This document shows positions 61,351-64,000 of a DNA stretch of 64,000 nucleotides, piece by piece. Source of the DNA: the human T2T-CHM13v2.0 reference genome, Homo sapiens; the NCBI RefSeq assembly GCF_009914755.1, contig NC_060941.1, one strand, 5' to 3'. The number at the start of each line of letters is the position of its first letter. Position 1 is the first letter of the stretch. The notes beneath the pieces are model-generated. The model saw only the letters and a list, made by a program, of their open reading frames with translations, had not been told where the DNA came from and did not search any database. The position numbers were made by a program, and so were the translations under genes.

Positions 61351-61644
61351 TGATTCATCTATAGTATGTTTGACTTGATGACCTCCAGTTACCTTAGACA
61401 GAGGTTCTCATCTAAGCTCCAACTTTCCATTTCCTTTGTCCTCGTCTTTCCCCTTAACCCCTCCACATTTCTCTCAAAATCACCCCACTTCTAAAAAATA
61501 CTGTTTATTTTTCTTTTAAATTTCAAATTATCTATACTCATTGAAATAAATCAAAATAGCATGGAATAAGCGAAAAAAATGGATCCCACCCTTCCCCACT
61601 CCCATTCCCTAGGGCTAACCATAGTTAACCATTTAATGACTAGG

Positions 61645-61960
61645 TTTTTTTGTTGTTGTTATTTTTTATTTATTTATTTTGAGACAGAGTCTTACTCTGT
61701 CACCCAGGCTGGAGTGCAGTGGTGTGATCTCGGCTCACTGCAACCTCTGCCTCCCAGGTTCAAGCATTCTCCTGCCTCTGCCTCCTGAGTAGCTGGGATT
61801 ACAGGTGCCTGCCACCACACCTGGCTAATTTTTGTACTTTTGGTAGAGACAGGGTTTCTCAATGTTAGCCAGGCTGGTCTCGAACTCCTGGCCTCAAGTG
61901 ATCTGCCCACCTTGGCCTTCCAAAATACTGGGATTAAGGTATGAGCCACCGCACCCAGCC
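61645..61960 (-). mobile_element. Alu (AluS-like)
   Basis: Antisense dimer. Confidence 0.92.
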
Positions 61961-62269
61961 CTCCTGGGCTCTTTTCCTTTAGTTGCACTCGCTCCCCGCT
62001 CCTGGAGTAGAGGGATTTCCGAGAGACTGTGGGCTCCAGCCTTCACCTAGGCCCAGGACTAGGATGCCTGCCCTAACATTTATCTTTATACCTTAAAGCA
62101 AAACAGCTGGACCATAAGCATTCAAGAACAAACTGTGAATAAGGAGAAAGTTCTCCCAGGAAACAAGAGCTTTAGTTATGTTGGGCCAGCCCTTATATTC
62201 CTTAGCTGTTACCAGTCACTGCTTGATTTAATCTCGGCTATCACTTGGCCTGACAGGTCTGCTGCTGGT

Positions 62270-62440
62270 GCCAGGATGTCTGGGTTTTGAAGCCTGGCTC
62301 CATTACATACTTCCTGTGTGACCTTGGGCAACTTACTCAACCTGTCTGTTCCTCAGTTTCCCCAGCTGTATTATGTCAGCATAATAGTTTGTTGTGTGAA
62401 TTAAATGAGGTAATAACTGGAAATGCTTCAAACATGGTTC
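62270..62440 (+). mobile_element. MIR
   Basis: CTGTGTGACCTTGGGCAACTTACTCAACCTGTCTGTTCCTCAGTTTCCCC. Confidence 0.8.
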
Positions 62441-62644
62441 CTATCATGAGAAATCCTGCTTTCCGCCTAAATGTGCTGGAAAATTCCTGGTGGTGCAGAA
62501 CAGGAGACCAGAGCAAAGGAAAGACAGGGTGCAGAAGCCAAAAATTACCTTGGAGAACAAAGCGCATGTTAAGGTTATTTTTGGATTCTAGGTTTATCTC
62601 TGCTTGGTCTTCAGTTACCTGCAAGAGATCCATTTAGGGGATTT

Positions 62645-62742
62645 TTGTTTGTTTTTAACGATAGCTTTATTGAGATATAATTCATATGCCATAAAAGTCA
62701 CTCTTTTAAAATGTTTCCGGTATATTCACAAGGCTGTGCAGC
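62645..62742 (-). mobile_element. L1M(B)-like 3' terminal fragment
   Basis: AGCTTTATTGAGATATAATTCATATGCCATAAAA...ATATTCACAAGGCTGTGCA. Confidence 0.7.
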
Positions 62743-62794
62743 CTTCCCTGTCCTTGATTCCAGTCTGAGTTTTTAACTGAAGGGATAAGGAGGA

Positions 62795-63030
62795 CCACGC
62801 TTTCCCCAGACCAGAACCGCGGGCCAGGGGGCGATTCCGCTGAGTCACCGCGGGCGCCTGGTGCGCGGCGGCGGAGCCCGGGACCTTCCTTGGCTGCCCC
62901 CTAGCGAGGGCCGCAGCGCAGCCTGAGACACCCGCCGGGGCCGCTCCACGGCCGTCGGATTTAGACTGGAAGCTCGGTCCAGGTCCCCAGCTTGATGCGC
63001 CCGCGGTGTAGGAGACCAGCCCGACTCGAG
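62795..63030. promoter_or_regulatory. Small intronic (orphan) CpG island with CTCF-like and AP-1 motifs
   Basis: Local CpG cluster in non-repeat DNA; GGCCAGGGGGCGA (+, 62822-62834); TGAGTCA (62841-62847); CTGCCCCCTAGCGA (CTCF-like on -, 62894-62907). Confidence 0.8.
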
Positions 63031-63134
63031 CTTCCCCTGAGCCCCTGGACTCTTGACTCCAGCAGGGCCTGGGTAATGAACGTCAGCTCCCCTTTCCCAA
63101 AGGGGTTGCTCTGTTGGGAAGGCACCCGTTTGAT

Positions 63135-63350
63135 ACAGTAGCATAGAGATGGGTTTTAGCATCAAAATATCAGAATTCAAGCCTTGCTCTCTGCTTACTA
63201 GCTGTGTGACCCTAAAAAGGTTTCTGAACGTCTCTGAGCTTCAGTTTCCTCATCATTCCTTCTCACGGGGTGGTTGTGAGCATTACAGAGATCCTCTCTG
63301 TGAAGCCCCTGTGAGTGGCTCATCCTGAGGGCTGAAATAAACATGTTATT
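63135..63350 (+). mobile_element. MIR
   Basis: CTTACTAGCTGTGTGACCCT...CTCTGAGCTTCAGTTTCCTCATC. Confidence 0.75.
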
Positions 63351-64000
63351 AATAATCCAAAACTGGCAAGGGATGTTGACTGGTCCCCCTCCCTTGCCCA
63401 AGGAGCTTTCTAGAACCTGAGTTATCATTACCAAACTGTACTGCCTTGAGTAAGAAAGTTAGAAGGAATGGGAAGGATGGTGGCAGGTGGAGGAAGGCGG
63501 ATTGGTCATCACCTCCTTGCAGCAAGAAACAGCCCCAGATCGTGGGAAACCTACAGACCTGCTAGACAGACTAGGAGCAAAAGCTGGGGCTTTAAGAATC
63601 CCCAGGGAGGTTCTCCTGAGAGAGTAGCCAGTTGGATTTTGTAAGCAGAGATTTGTTTGGGGAGGAGGTGACAACGTAGGGAGCAGAGGGGCAAAGCTGT
63701 CGGGAATCCTGCCTTGAGGGCAGGGATGTGTGTTGGGGGGAGTTGGGTCACTGGGGCTCGGTGGCCTTGGGCAAGTTTCTACCTCTCAGGTCCTTTACCC
63801 ACCTAGGGTCGCCATCCTGCCCACCTCACAGGTTACAGTGAGCCTGGATGCACTGTCATGGGCAGGTGCCCAGGAAAATGGCAGACATGTTCCAAACAGC
63901 ACGCAGCATTCCCCAGTGATGCCCAGGGTCACCTTGGAGGTGGGCGAGATGCCTGGGGTTTCTCGTCCACCCCACAACACCTCAGGGGACAGCCAAAGCT

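Overview
Human genomic DNA (Alu-, MIR- and LTR-rich) from the 5' end of MAPT (tau) on 17q21.31, with MAPT on the + strand. The identification rests on recognising the GC-rich non-coding first exon (exon 0, ~8005-8309, ending GACTATCAG|GTAAGC) inside a ~3.7 kb CpG island. Everything from 8310 to the window end is the long first intron; the ATG-bearing exon is not in the window. No real protein-coding exon is present: the listed ORFs are artefacts of Alus, simple repeats or high GC. Upstream lies a decayed ERVL provirus (LTR33-like LTR plus a readable gag fossil) carrying later THE1 and Alu insertions. The island probably also holds the antisense MAPT-AS1 first exon and the sense MAPT-IT1 transcript (positions partly from memory). 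Two haplotype-tag SNP contexts were recognised from memory (rs1467967-G, rs242557-A), implying an H1 but non-H1c chromosome. I found no convincing new multi-gene system. The best unexplained signals are: a near-perfect 39-bp-arm inverted repeat in apparently unique DNA (22758-22880); a 3'UTR-like block with a splice acceptor and convergent poly(A) signals (44735-45300); a GTGAGT donor at the edge of a 430-nt UG tract; a GGAA microsatellite next to the rs242557 element; and an orphan CpG island with paired CTCF-like motifs and an AP-1 site. Repeat subfamily calls are by eye and their coordinates approximate.
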